Assembly: GCA_005790545.1 (NCBI GenBank)
Contig: SXUL01000036.1
Coordinates: 6,534-70,533 of the forward strand
DNA from: Planctomycetia bacterium
Lineage (GTDB): Bacteria > Planctomycetota > GCA-002687715
Direction: 5' to 3'
Length of the DNA stretch: 64,000 nucleotides
Positions 9,132 to 18,563 of the stretch are shown here, piece after piece. Within the stretch, counting starts at the first letter, position 1, and the number at the start of each line of letters is the position of its first letter. The position numbers were made by a program, and so were the translations under genes. The notes below the pieces were generated by a model. The model ran no database searches, had not been told where the DNA came from, and worked only from the letters and a program-made list of their open reading frames with translations.

Positions 9132-11801
9132 TCAGCCGAGATCCGCGAGGCTCGCCTTCAGGCTCTCGAGCTTGAGTTGCAGTGCTTCGCGCCGTGCCTG
9201 CTCACTCGCAACAACTGCAGCAGGTGCCCGTTCGACGAAGCTTGCATTGTCGAGTTTCTTCGCGATGGTCGCGAGCCCCTGCTCCACGGTTGCGATTTCG
9301 CCCTTCAGACGCGCGCTCTCGGCATCCAGGTCGATGACACCCTCCAAGGGCACAAAGATGTCGCAGCCTTCCACCGGGAAGAGCGCGGACTTGGGCGGAC
9401 GAGCAAGGTCCTTGCCGCAGACCACTCGACGCACGCGACCAAGCGCTTCCGCGCGACGAGCGACGGCTTCGACACGAAGAGTCATGGCGTCCTCACGCGT
9501 CTTCACCACCAGATCGAATTCGGTGCCGCGCGGGACATTCAAGCGATCGCGCACAGCGCGCGCTGCTTCCACCAGACGGATGAGTACCTGCACGCACTGC
9601 ACCGCGTCGCTGTCCACGCTGGCAAGGTCTGCCGTCGGCCAGCGCTCGAGCGCGACGGTGCCATGAGCCACCGGCAGCCACGTGGCGAGACGCGCGCGGA
9701 TTTCCTCCGTCGCGAAGGGAATGATGGGCGAGAGCAATTTCGTGAGGGCATCAAGCACTTCGAGCAGTACCCAGCGCACCACTTCGCGATCTGCCGCCGC
9801 ACTCTCCTCGGTGGCCGTCAGGCGCGACTTCACCAGTTCGAGATACCAGTCGCAGAACTCCGACCAAGCGAACTCATGGAGTGAGCGCGCCGCGTCGGCG
9901 AAGCGGAACTCTTCGAGTGCACCCGTGACTGCTGCGCTCGTCTGCGCAAGACGCCCGAGAATCCAGAGATCCTCGGCGGAGAGAGCGGAGCGCGCGGGCA
10001 AAGCAGGCCGCCCCTCGCCGAGATTCATGGACACGAAGCGCGCGGCGTTCCACAACTTGTTCACGAAGTTGCGGCCACCTTCGAAGCGGCTTTCCGCGAG
10101 CTTGATGTCCTGACCTTCTGTGGTGAGAGCAACCAGAGTCCAACGCACCGCATCCATGCCGTACTTCTCACCCATCGCAATGGGGTCGATGCCATTGCCG
10201 AGGCTCTTCGACATGCGTCGGCCGATGGAATCGAGAATGGTGCCGTTGATGTAGACGGTGTGGAAGGGCAGCTTCCCCTCGAAATGCAGCGCGCACATGA
10301 CCATGCGGGCCACCCAGAAGTAGATGATTTCGCGGCCCGTGACGAGCACGTCTGTCGGGTGAAACTGCGCGAGGTCTTCCGTGCGCTCCGGCCAGCCAAA
10401 GACGGAGAAGGGCCAGAGTTGCGACGAGAACCACGTGTCGAGCACGTCCTCGTCTTGACGCACGAGCGGCTTGCCGGTGACGGGATGAAGAGCTCCGGGA
10501 GCAGGAGCTTCCACGCTCGCGAAAGGCGCGTCGTCCTTGTCGTACCAGACGGGGATGCGATGACCCCACCAGATCTGACGGCTGATGCACCAGTCGCGGT
10601 ACTGCTCCACCCAATCGAGATAGGTGCGCGTGTAACGCTCCGGAAGAATGCGCAGCGACCCGTCACGCGCAGCGGCAGCAGCGGGTTCGAGCAAGGGACG
10701 CATCTTCACAAACCACTGCTTCGAGAGATGTGGTTCCACCACCGTGTCGCAGCGGTAGCAGCGCGGCAGAGGCACGCTCTTCTCCTCGCACTTGTCGAGG
10801 AGTCCGAGAGCTTCAAGATCCGCCAGCACGCGCTTGCGCGCATCGAAGCGGTCGAGGCCCGCGTAGGCCGGAGCTTCCGCGGTGATCTTGGCGGCCGCAT
10901 CCAGAATGCGGATGCGAGGGAGAGACTGCCGCTCGGCCACCGCGAAGTCGTTGAAATCGTGCGCGGGGGTGATCTTCACCGCACCGGAGCCCTTGCTCGG
11001 GTCGGCGTGCTGATCGGCCACCACGGGAATGCGGCGGCCTGTGAGCGGCAGTTCGAGTTCGCGCCCCACGAGATCGCGGTAGCGCTCATCTTCGGGATGC
11101 ACTGCAACGGCCACATCGCCGAGCATGGTTTCCGGGCGTGTGGTCGCCACCACGATGTAGCGTCCCGGCTCCCCTGCCACCGGATAACGCAGATGCCAGA
11201 AGCCGGACTGCTCATCGCGGCTTTCGGCTTCTTCATCCGAGAGCGCTGTCTGGCAACGTGGGCACCAGTTGATCAATCGCTCGCCGCGGAAGATGAGCCC
11301 CTCCTGCCAAAGCGTCACGAAGGCGTGGCTCACCGCGCGGGAAAGCCCTGCGTCCATGGTGAAACGACCGCGCTCGAAATCACAGGAGGCGCCGAGGCGC
11401 TTCAACTGCCCGAGAATGTGGTCGCCGTACTTCTCCTTCCACTCCCAGGTGCGGGCGAGGAAGGCCTCGCGCCCGAGGTCCTGACGCTTCTTGCCTTCCT
11501 TCGCGAGAGCCTTTTCCACCACGTTCTGCGTGGCGATGCCGGCGTGATCGGTGCCCGGAACCCAGAGCGCCTTCCTTCCCCGCAGGCGCTCGAAGCGCAC
11601 GAGCACATCCTGCAACGTGTTCACGAGCGCATGGCCCATGTGCAGGATGCCCGTGACATTCGGCGGCGGAATCACGATGACGTAGGGCCGACCATCACCA
11701 AGGACCGCTTCCGGGCGGAAGCAGCGGAGTTCTTCCCAGCGCCGGATCCAGTCGGATTCAACGGTTGCGGGTTCGAAGCGTGGCGGCATCAATTCGGACA
11801 T
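9132..11801 (-). CDS. valS: Valine--tRNA ligase
   Basis: PPPNVTGILHMGH, PGTDHAGIATQ, DWCISRQIWWGHRIP, DVLDTWFSS, RMSKSLGN, C-terminal coiled coil. Start trimmed to MSELMPP. Confidence 0.97.
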   Translation of the reverse strand: MSELMPPRFEPATVESDWIRRWEELRCFRPEAVLGDGRPYVIVIPPPNVTGILHMGHALVNTLQDVLVRFERLRGRKALWVPGTDHAGIATQNVVEKALAKEGKKRQDLGREAFLARTWEWKEKYGDHILGQLKRLGASCDFERGRFTMDAGLSRAVSHAFVTLWQEGLIFRGERLINWCPRCQTALSDEEAESRDEQSGFWHLRYPVAGEPGRYIVVATTRPETMLGDVAVAVHPEDERYRDLVGRELELPLTGRRIPVVADQHADPSKGSGAVKITPAHDFNDFAVAERQSLPRIRILDAAAKITAEAPAYAGLDRFDARKRVLADLEALGLLDKCEEKSVPLPRCYRCDTVVEPHLSKQWFVKMRPLLEPAAAAARDGSLRILPERYTRTYLDWVEQYRDWCISRQIWWGHRIPVWYDKDDAPFASVEAPAPGALHPVTGKPLVRQDEDVLDTWFSSQLWPFSVFGWPERTEDLAQFHPTDVLVTGREIIYFWVARMVMCALHFEGKLPFHTVYINGTILDSIGRRMSKSLGNGIDPIAMGEKYGMDAVRWTLVALTTEGQDIKLAESRFEGGRNFVNKLWNAARFVSMNLGEGRPALPARSALSAEDLWILGRLAQTSAAVTGALEEFRFADAARSLHEFAWSEFCDWYLELVKSRLTATEESAAADREVVRWVLLEVLDALTKLLSPIIPFATEEIRARLATWLPVAHGTVALERWPTADLASVDSDAVQCVQVLIRLVEAARAVRDRLNVPRGTEFDLVVKTREDAMTLRVEAVARRAEALGRVRRVVCGKDLARPPKSALFPVEGCDIFVPLEGVIDLDAESARLKGEIATVEQGLATIAKKLDNASFVERAPAAVVASEQARREALQLKLESLKASLADLG

Positions 11802-11870
11802 TTGGGCCTCGCGTGATGTTCGCATCGAGGCGCCTCTCCGGCAACATTGCGTTGCTAGCATCCTCCCCAC

Positions 11871-12749
11871 ATGCGGCGGCTCGTGTTGGTGGTGAACCCT
11901 GTATCCGGACGCGGCCGTGCGAGACGGGCGGCGGGACGCGCGGCGACGCTGCTCAGCGCTGCAGGCATCGATGTCTCCATTCACGCAACGCGCCACGCCG
12001 GCGATGCGCGGGATTCAGCGTTGCAATTCGCCGCAGGTGCGGATGCCGTGGTGGCTGTCGGCGGTGACGGCACGCTCGCGGAGCTGGTGTCCGGACTCGA
12101 CGGCACGGATTTCACGGCAGGGATCATCCCCTGCGGCACGGCGAACGTGGTCGCGCGCGAGCTCCGGATTCCGCGCGGGCTGCGCGCGGCCGTGAAGGTT
12201 CTCGTCGAAGGGAAAGCACGGCGCCTCGATCTCGGACGAGCCAACGGCCGGCCCTTTCTCGCCATGGTTGGCGTCGGACTCGACGGATCCATTGTGCGAG
12301 CGCTCTCGGAAGCGCGGCGCGGCCCCATCAGCATGGCCTCCTACGTGAAGCCGTCTCTCGCGGCGCTGCGGGCTTACCGCTGGCCGGCGCTGCGTGTTGA
12401 AGTCGACGGACGCGCACTCAGCGAACACTGCTATGGCGTCATCGTGTCGAATACCGCCAACTATGGCGGCATCTTCGAGTTGTTGCCCGCGGCGCGCATG
12501 GACGACGGCATGCTCGATGCACAGCTCTGGCGCAAGGCAGGCATCCTGCCCGCGCTGCGCCGCTTCACCAGCGGACTCCTGCGGCGCGAGAGTGCGCGGA
12601 GCATCTCCACGGTCGTACGTGCCCAAACGCTGCGCATCACGGCGGTCGATGGCAGCGCCGTGGACGCCGAGGCCGACGGCGATATCCTCGGCACCACGCC
12701 GCTCGACATTGAAGTGCGCGCCGGCGCCGTGAGGATCATCGCTCCATGA
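11871..12749 (+). CDS. Diacylglycerol/lipid kinase family protein (DAGK/YegS-like)
   Basis: VNPVSGRG, VGGDGT, PCGTANVVAR, DDGMLD, ADGD. ATGA-coupled to kdsA. Confidence 0.9.
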   Translation: MRRLVLVVNPVSGRGRARRAAGRAATLLSAAGIDVSIHATRHAGDARDSALQFAAGADAVVAVGGDGTLAELVSGLDGTDFTAGIIPCGTANVVARELRIPRGLRAAVKVLVEGKARRLDLGRANGRPFLAMVGVGLDGSIVRALSEARRGPISMASYVKPSLAALRAYRWPALRVEVDGRALSEHCYGVIVSNTANYGGIFELLPAARMDDGMLDAQLWRKAGILPALRRFTSGLLRRESARSISTVVRAQTLRITAVDGSAVDAEADGDILGTTPLDIEVRAGAVRIIAP

Positions 12750-13576
12750 GCAACGCCCGACCAACGCCTGTCTCTGATGGCCGCATCAGCATCGGTCCCG
12801 GGCATCCCCTCCTCGTGGTCGCGGGGCTCTGCATTGTCGAGAGTCCGGAGAGCACGCTGCGACACGCGGCCGCATTGAAGGCTGCGCTCGCCGATCTCCC
12901 CATCCAATTCGTCTTCAAGGCCAGCTACGACAAAGCCAATCGCTCGTCCATCAAGAGCCATCGTGGTCCGGGCATGGAGGCGGGGCTCGTGATCTTGAAG
13001 CGCGTGAAGGACGAACTCGGCCTTCCCATCCTCACGGACGTGCACGAGGTCGGCCAGTGCGCGGCTGCAGCCGCCGTCGCGGACATCATTCAGATTCCGG
13101 CGTTCCTCTGCCGTCAATCGGATCTCCTCATTGCCGCTGCGAAGACCGGCCGCATCGTGAATGTGAAGAAGGGACAGTTCCTCGCACCCACGGACATCGT
13201 GCCCCTCGTGCAGAAGGTGCGCGATTCCGGCAATCCCAAGGTCACCATCACCGAACGCGGCACGAGCTTCGGCTACCACTGCCTCGTGAACGACTTCCGT
13301 GCGCTGCCCATCATGCGCGGCCTCGATGTGCCCGTGATCTTCGATGCCACCCATTCGGTGCAGCAGCCGGGTGGACACGGTGATCGTTCCGGTGGCGACC
13401 GCACCATGGTGCCCTATCTCGCGCGCGCTGCTGCCGCCGTGGGCACCGACGGACTCTTTTTCGAAGTGCACGAGGAACCCGAGCGCGCCCTCTCCGACCG
13501 TGACAACGCTCTCAAGCTCACCGACCTCCGCCCGCTCCTCGAAGAAGTCTTGCGCATCCGCGCCGCACTGGCGTGA
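12746..13576 (+). CDS. kdsA: 3-deoxy-8-phosphooctulonate (KDO8P) synthase
   Basis: FKASYDKANRSS, QIPAFLCRQ, NVKKGQF, ERGTSFGY, FDATHSVQ. Confidence 0.97.
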   Translation: MSNARPTPVSDGRISIGPGHPLLVVAGLCIVESPESTLRHAAALKAALADLPIQFVFKASYDKANRSSIKSHRGPGMEAGLVILKRVKDELGLPILTDVHEVGQCAAAAAVADIIQIPAFLCRQSDLLIAAAKTGRIVNVKKGQFLAPTDIVPLVQKVRDSGNPKVTITERGTSFGYHCLVNDFRALPIMRGLDVPVIFDATHSVQQPGGHGDRSGGDRTMVPYLARAAAAVGTDGLFFEVHEEPERALSDRDNALKLTDLRPLLEEVLRIRAALA

Positions 13577-13642
13577 CGAGCGCCAACGCCACGCGAGGAT
13601 GCGGCGCGTTCTCGAGTCGTGTCGCGCCCGCCAGCAATGCAA

Positions 13643-13665
13643 GCGGCGCGCCAGTGGCGCGCCGC
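13643..13665 (-). terminator. 11-bp inverted repeat immediately 3' of tRNA-Glu (likely terminator between convergent units)
   Basis: GCGGCGCGCCA-G-TGGCGCGCCGC. Confidence 0.5.
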
Positions 13666-13668
13666 GAG

Positions 13669-13743
13669 TGACCCCAAGGGGATTTGAACCCCTGTTCCAA
13701 GGATGAGAACCTTGTGTCCTGGACCGGGCTAGACGATGGGGCC
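13669..13743 (-). tRNA. tRNA-Glu (anticodon CTC), CCA not encoded
   Basis: Reverse complement GGCCCCATCGTCTAGCCCGGTCCAGGACACAAGGTT-CTC-ATCCTTGGAACAGGGGTTCAAATCCCCTTGGGGTCA folds into a cloverleaf with a TTCAAAT T-loop. Confidence 0.96.
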
Positions 13744-13752
13744 CGAGATGCG

Positions 13753-13781
13753 AAAGTACGGCGCCCGGGGGCCATCTTCAA
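13753..13781 (-). promoter_or_regulatory. Putative sigma70 promoter of tRNA-Glu
   Basis: TTGAAG-N17-TACTTT, 9 nt upstream of the tRNA. Confidence 0.6.
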
Positions 13782-13901
13782 GGTTTCCTGACGACGGCAT
13801 GGTCGCCCGCCGACCCCACTGAGTGCAAGAACGGCGCCGGAAGAGACACGGCAGCCCGCGCGCACGCCTGCCCCCTGCCTGAGACCTTTGACGCAGGAGC
13901 T

Positions 13902-14057
13902 CGCTCCTGATCGACCAGTGTCCCTCATCTGGCCGACTGGGCCACGTGTTCGAGGCGTGCACGGCCCACGCTGTAGCCGTGCGGCGCGGAAACGCGCTCC
14001 TGAACGCAGCTGAGACGTTCAGCTGGCCGACTGGGCTGCGTGTTCGAGGCGCGCACG
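13902..14057. repeat. Degenerate ~94-bp-period tandem duplication of the gltX 3' end
   Basis: 13925-13963 matches 14019-14057 at 35/39 nt, including the stop codon; CGCTCCTGA recurs at 13902 and 13995. Confidence 0.8.
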
Positions 14058-15479
14058 ACTGCGTGCAGCCCCGAGGAGGCGCACACAATCGAAGAGCGGA
14101 GGCCCGGCGGTGCGGCCGGTGATGGCGGCACGGACGGGATGCACGAATTTGCCGAAACCCATGCCGCGCGCTTCACAGAACTGGCGCGCAGCCGCCTCCA
14201 TCTCCGGAACCTGAGGCAGCGGATCACTGAGGGTTGCGGCCCATTCCCGGAGCATGGCTGCGGTGCCGGGCTCCTTGGTCAAGTTCTTCTGCGCCTTCTC
14301 CTCCATGACGGGAGGATCACTGAAGACCCAACGCGCAAGTTCGACGATGTCCGCGTAGCCACGCAAGCGTTCCTGCTCAGCGCTGGCGATGGCGGCAACG
14401 AGTGCTTCCGTCGCGGCGTCGAGGGGTTCCTTCACGAGGCCCCCGCGCACGAGATGCTCGCACACCTTCGCGCGCACCTTCTCCGGTGCCTCGCGGCGGA
14501 TGTAGTCGCCGCTGATGTGGGCGAGCTTCTCCATATTGAGCCGCGCGCCGGATTTGTTGACGCGCTCGATGCTGAAGCGCTGCACGAGTTCCTCGCGCGT
14601 CATGATCTCGGTCTTGTCATCGAAAGACCAACCGATCAGCGCCAGCCAGTTGATGAACGCTTCCGGATGGAAGTCGCGCGCGATGTAGTGCTCGAGTGCC
14701 GCTTCGGGGTGCTTCCTCTTGCTGAGTTTTCCCTCTCCTGCAGGTCCGAGGATGAGCGGCAAGTGGCCGTAGCGCGGGACATCCCAACCGAGAGCGCGGA
14801 AGATGATGATCTGCTTGAAGCAGTTGGTGAGATGATCCTCACCTCGGAGCACATGCGTGATGCCCATGGTGTGGTCATCGATGACCACGGCAAGGTTGTA
14901 GATGGGTGTGCCATCGCCACGCACGAGGATGATGTCCTCCACGTCGGCGTGATTGACCGTGATCGAGCCGCGAATGAGATCGTCGAGGACGGTTTCACCT
15001 TCGGGCACGCGCAGCCGCCAGGCCGGAACCGCACCCGCCGCGGTGTGACGCTGAATGTCCTCGGCCGTGAGCCCGCGACAGAGGCGGTCGTAGCGGAAGG
15101 GTTCGCGTGCCGCTTCCTGGCTGAGCCGCAGCGATGAGAGCCGCTGCTTCGAACAGAAACACGGATAGAGCACGCCCGTCGACTTCAGCTCCACGATGGA
15201 GCGGGCATAGATATCCTGGCGCTCGCTCTGGCTGTACGGGCCGACCGGGCCGCCCTGCTCCGGACCTTCATCCGGATCGAGACCGAGCCAGTGCAGCCCG
15301 TCAAAGATGGTGCGCCGCGCCGCATCTGTATTGCGCGCTGCGTCTGTGTCTTCCATGCGCAGCACGTACTTGCCACCCTGCTGGCGCGCGTACAGCCAGT
15401 TGAACAGCGCCGTGCGCGCACCACCGACGTGCAGGTATCCCGTCGGGGACGGGGCGAAACGGACGCGGACCTCTGGCAT
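14019..15479 (-). CDS. gltX: Glutamate--tRNA ligase
   Basis: RFAPSPTGYLHVGG, LRMEDTD, YPCFC, THVLRGEDH, KLSKR. Confidence 0.96.
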   Translation of the reverse strand: MPEVRVRFAPSPTGYLHVGGARTALFNWLYARQQGGKYVLRMEDTDAARNTDAARRTIFDGLHWLGLDPDEGPEQGGPVGPYSQSERQDIYARSIVELKSTGVLYPCFCSKQRLSSLRLSQEAAREPFRYDRLCRGLTAEDIQRHTAAGAVPAWRLRVPEGETVLDDLIRGSITVNHADVEDIILVRGDGTPIYNLAVVIDDHTMGITHVLRGEDHLTNCFKQIIIFRALGWDVPRYGHLPLILGPAGEGKLSKRKHPEAALEHYIARDFHPEAFINWLALIGWSFDDKTEIMTREELVQRFSIERVNKSGARLNMEKLAHISGDYIRREAPEKVRAKVCEHLVRGGLVKEPLDAATEALVAAIASAEQERLRGYADIVELARWVFSDPPVMEEKAQKNLTKEPGTAAMLREWAATLSDPLPQVPEMEAAARQFCEARGMGFGKFVHPVRAAITGRTAGPPLFDCVRLLGAARSRARLEHAAQSAS

Positions 15480-15492
15480 GAAAGACCTCGAG

Positions 15493-15563
15493 AGGCGCCA
15501 CCCGGAGTCGAACCGGGCTTAACGGATTTGCAATCCGCTGCCTAACCGCTTGGCTATGGCGCC
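15493..15563 (-). tRNA. tRNA-Cys (anticodon GCA), CCA not encoded
   Basis: Reverse complement GGCGCCATAGCCAAGCGGTTAGGCAGCGGATT-GCA-AATCCGTTAAGCCCGGTTCGACTCCGGGTGGCGCCT; U73 discriminator typical of tRNA-Cys. Confidence 0.96.
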
Positions 15564-15651
15564 GTGCCCTTGCGGGAGCGGCATGCTAGCCCGCGTGCTC
15601 GCGGCGTCCAAGCGTGCCCCGCGCCAGAGGGCGCTGCTACTGTTTCCGCGC

Positions 15652-16809
15652 ATGGAGGATGTCTACCTCGACAATGCGGCCACCTCGCATCCGAAGCCGC
15701 CATCCGTGCGTGCCGCCATGCTGCGCTTCATGGATGAGGTCCATGCCAGCGCCGGCCGCGGAGCCTATGCCGAAGCGCGTGCCGCGGGTCTGCTCCTCGA
15801 TCAGGTGCGCTTGAGTCTCGCGACCCTTCTCGAGGTCTCTGCTCCGGAACGCATCCTCTTCACGCTCAACTGCTCGGATGCCCTCAATCTCGGGTTGAAG
15901 GGCCTGCTCCGCCCAGGCGACCGCGTGGTCACCAGTGTCATGGAGCACAATTCCATCTTGCGCCCGCTCGCAGCTCTTGAAGAGCGCCTCGGCATCAGCG
16001 TGGTGCGCGTGCCAGCGGACGCAGAAGGGCTGGTTTCCATGCCCGCTCTCGCAGCAGCGCTTCGCGAACCAACGCGGCTTGTCGCCCTGCAGCACGCGTC
16101 GAATGTCTCGGGCACATTGCAGCCCGTGGCGGAGGCTGCACAACTTGCCCGCGCAGCAGGCGCGTTCATGCTCGTGGACGCCGCACAGACTCTCGGCAGC
16201 GTGCCGCTCGCGCCGGAAGCCCTCGGCATCGATCTCCTCGCGTTCCCCGGACACAAATCACTCCTCGGTCCTCTCGGCACCGGCGCGCTCTGGGTATCGC
16301 CGCGGGTGGACCTCGCCACGGTGCGCGAAGGCGGCACAGGCAGTCGCTCTGAAGAAGCGGTGCAACCGTTCCTCTGGCCCGACCGCCACGAAGCGGGCTC
16401 CCACAATCTTGTGGGCCTCGCAGGACTCGGCGCTGGAGTGGACTGGATTCTGCAACGCGGCGTGGAAGAACTCACTGCCGCGAAGCGGGTCTTGATGCTG
16501 CGCTTGCTCGACCATCTCGCTGGCCTCGAAGGAGTGCGGCTCCACGGTCCCGCACGCGCGGATGGTCGCGTAGGCGTGTTTTCGTGCACTGTCGGTAGAC
16601 ACATGCCAGAGCCTGCCGGCAGGCTCCTCGACGATCTCCATGGCGTGAAGGTGCGCTCAGGCCTCCACTGCGCGCCTTTCGCACATCAGGCTCTCGGCAC
16701 CTTCCCCGCAGGAACCGTGCGCCTCTCCATCGGCCCCTTCACCACGGCCGCAGAACTTGATCACGCGGCGCGAGCGCTCGCGGACGTCGCGAGCCGCCCT
16801 GCGTCCTGA
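15652..16809 (+). CDS. Cysteine desulfurase-family class V aminotransferase
   Basis: YLDNAATS, MEHNS, HASNVSG, VDAAQ, PLP lysine in FPGHKSLLGP, RSGLHCAP. Start trimmed to ATG at 15652. Confidence 0.9.
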   Translation: MEDVYLDNAATSHPKPPSVRAAMLRFMDEVHASAGRGAYAEARAAGLLLDQVRLSLATLLEVSAPERILFTLNCSDALNLGLKGLLRPGDRVVTSVMEHNSILRPLAALEERLGISVVRVPADAEGLVSMPALAAALREPTRLVALQHASNVSGTLQPVAEAAQLARAAGAFMLVDAAQTLGSVPLAPEALGIDLLAFPGHKSLLGPLGTGALWVSPRVDLATVREGGTGSRSEEAVQPFLWPDRHEAGSHNLVGLAGLGAGVDWILQRGVEELTAAKRVLMLRLLDHLAGLEGVRLHGPARADGRVGVFSCTVGRHMPEPAGRLLDDLHGVKVRSGLHCAPFAHQALGTFPAGTVRLSIGPFTTAAELDHAARALADVASRPAS

Positions 16810-16853
16810 CGTGCGCCGTTGCGGGCCGAGCCCGCCCGCCGCCGACGCGCCCG

Positions 16854-18527
16854 TCAGAGTCCGAGATACTTCGGGCCGCCGTTGTCCTCGGGCACGGTCC
16901 AGGTGATTTGCGCGTAAGGATCGGCCACATCGCAGGTCTTGCAGTGGACACAGTTGCTGAAGTTGATCTGCAACTTGCGTTCGCTCCCCGCTCCGACGAG
17001 CTCATAGACCGCCGCGGGACAAAAGCGTTGGCAAGGATTGCCGTACTCAACTGCACAGCGCGAGACACAGAGATTGGTGTCGGCCACGAGCAAGTGGCTC
17101 GGCTGATTTTCCTCGTGGATCGAACCCGCGTGAAAGACGCCACTCACCTTGTCGAAAGTGAGTTTGCCGTCGGCCTTCAAAGCCTCTTCGCCGCGCCGGG
17201 CATCACCATGTCGCACCGCGCGATGATCCTCATGCAGCGGAACGCGATCACGAACGATGCGCCCTCCAAGAGCCCAGGAAAGCCCGGCGAAGTACTTGCC
17301 GAGGCGGAACCCGTGCTTCGCGAAGCTCGCGCGCCAGTTGCGCGTGCGCCAGAGTTCCTCCTTCACCCATGAATGCGCGATGCGCTCTTCATAGTTCGCG
17401 AGGCTCGCTGCCGGCAGAACTTCCGGGACCTCACCCGCAAGGAGACACTCGGCAATGCACTCGCCCGCGCGCACACCTGAAGCGATGGCGGTGTGAATGC
17501 CCTTCAGGCGCGCGATGTTCAGCATGCTGCCCGCATCGCCCACGATGAGGAACCCGTCGCCGAAGCTCTTCGGCCTCGACCACCAACCACCTTCGGGCAC
17601 GGTCTTCGCACCAGCTTTGAAGAGCGTGCCACCGTCCAGAATGGAACGAATGCGCGGGTGCGTCTTCCAGCGCTGAAAGTTCTGCCAAGGGTCGTTCGCG
17701 GGATCCGGATGATCGAGACCAGTGACGAATCCGATGCTCACGCGCGTGGCACTGACACCGTAGATCCACGAGCCGCCGTAGCCCGCGTTGTCGAGAGGCC
17801 AGCCAGCGGTGTGAATCACTTCGCCCTGCGCGACGCGACCTGCAGGGATATCCCAGAGTTCCTTGCAACCCGTGCCATAGGCCTGCGGGTTCGGTCCAGC
17901 GAGCCCGAGCGTGTCCACCAACTGCTTGGTGAGTGAGCCGCGCGTGCCTTCGCCCAGCACCGTCACGCGCGCACGCACCTCTGCGCCAAGCTCGAACGAA
18001 GGCCCGGCACTGCCGTCCTTCCCGCGTCCGCGATCCACGAGTTGCACGCCCCGCACCCGGCCCTCTTCAATGAGGATCTTCTCGGCGGGCATGCCTTCAG
18101 CAATGGTGATGCCGAGCGCTTCCACCTCATCCTTCAGCCAGCGCACCGCTTTCGAAAGCGTCACGATGACGCTGCCGTGATTCTTCAGCGTGGGTGGAAT
18201 GAAGGGCAGCGGCTTCGCGCCCTTCTCCGTCAGCGTGAGTACGGTTTCGCGGGTCACGTCGGCATCCACAGGAAACCCGCTCGCGCGCCAATCAGGACCG
18301 AGCAATTCCGCGATACCGCGCGGGTCCATGATGGCGCCGGAGAGGATGTGGTCGCCCACTTCGCGCCCCTTCTCCACCACCATGATCTCGAAACGCCCTT
18401 CCGCACCGCGTTCCTTCAAGGTGCGGCCGAGTTTCAGCGCCGCAGCGAGATTGGCTGGTCCCGCCCCCACGAACAACACATCCACCGGCATCACGTCGCG
18501 ATCCATGCTCGTCTCCGGACGGAACAT
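16854..18527 (-). CDS. Electron transfer flavoprotein-ubiquinone oxidoreductase
   Basis: VGAGPAN FAD motif, HILSGA, GEGTRGSL, KGIHTA, C-terminal 4Fe-4S FCPAAVYE...NCVHCKTCD. Confidence 0.93.
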   Translation of the reverse strand: MFRPETSMDRDVMPVDVLFVGAGPANLAAALKLGRTLKERGAEGRFEIMVVEKGREVGDHILSGAIMDPRGIAELLGPDWRASGFPVDADVTRETVLTLTEKGAKPLPFIPPTLKNHGSVIVTLSKAVRWLKDEVEALGITIAEGMPAEKILIEEGRVRGVQLVDRGRGKDGSAGPSFELGAEVRARVTVLGEGTRGSLTKQLVDTLGLAGPNPQAYGTGCKELWDIPAGRVAQGEVIHTAGWPLDNAGYGGSWIYGVSATRVSIGFVTGLDHPDPANDPWQNFQRWKTHPRIRSILDGGTLFKAGAKTVPEGGWWSRPKSFGDGFLIVGDAGSMLNIARLKGIHTAIASGVRAGECIAECLLAGEVPEVLPAASLANYEERIAHSWVKEELWRTRNWRASFAKHGFRLGKYFAGLSWALGGRIVRDRVPLHEDHRAVRHGDARRGEEALKADGKLTFDKVSGVFHAGSIHEENQPSHLLVADTNLCVSRCAVEYGNPCQRFCPAAVYELVGAGSERKLQINFSNCVHCKTCDVADPYAQITWTVPEDNGGPKYLGL

Positions 18528-18563
18528 AGCGCCTCTCCACAGCGCGGCACGGGGCGGTCAGGA

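Noticed and set aside
13577-14018. Integrated element at tRNA-Glu
   Set aside because: No integrase and no duplicated tRNA 3' end seen in the window; only the gltX-end duplication reported separately.
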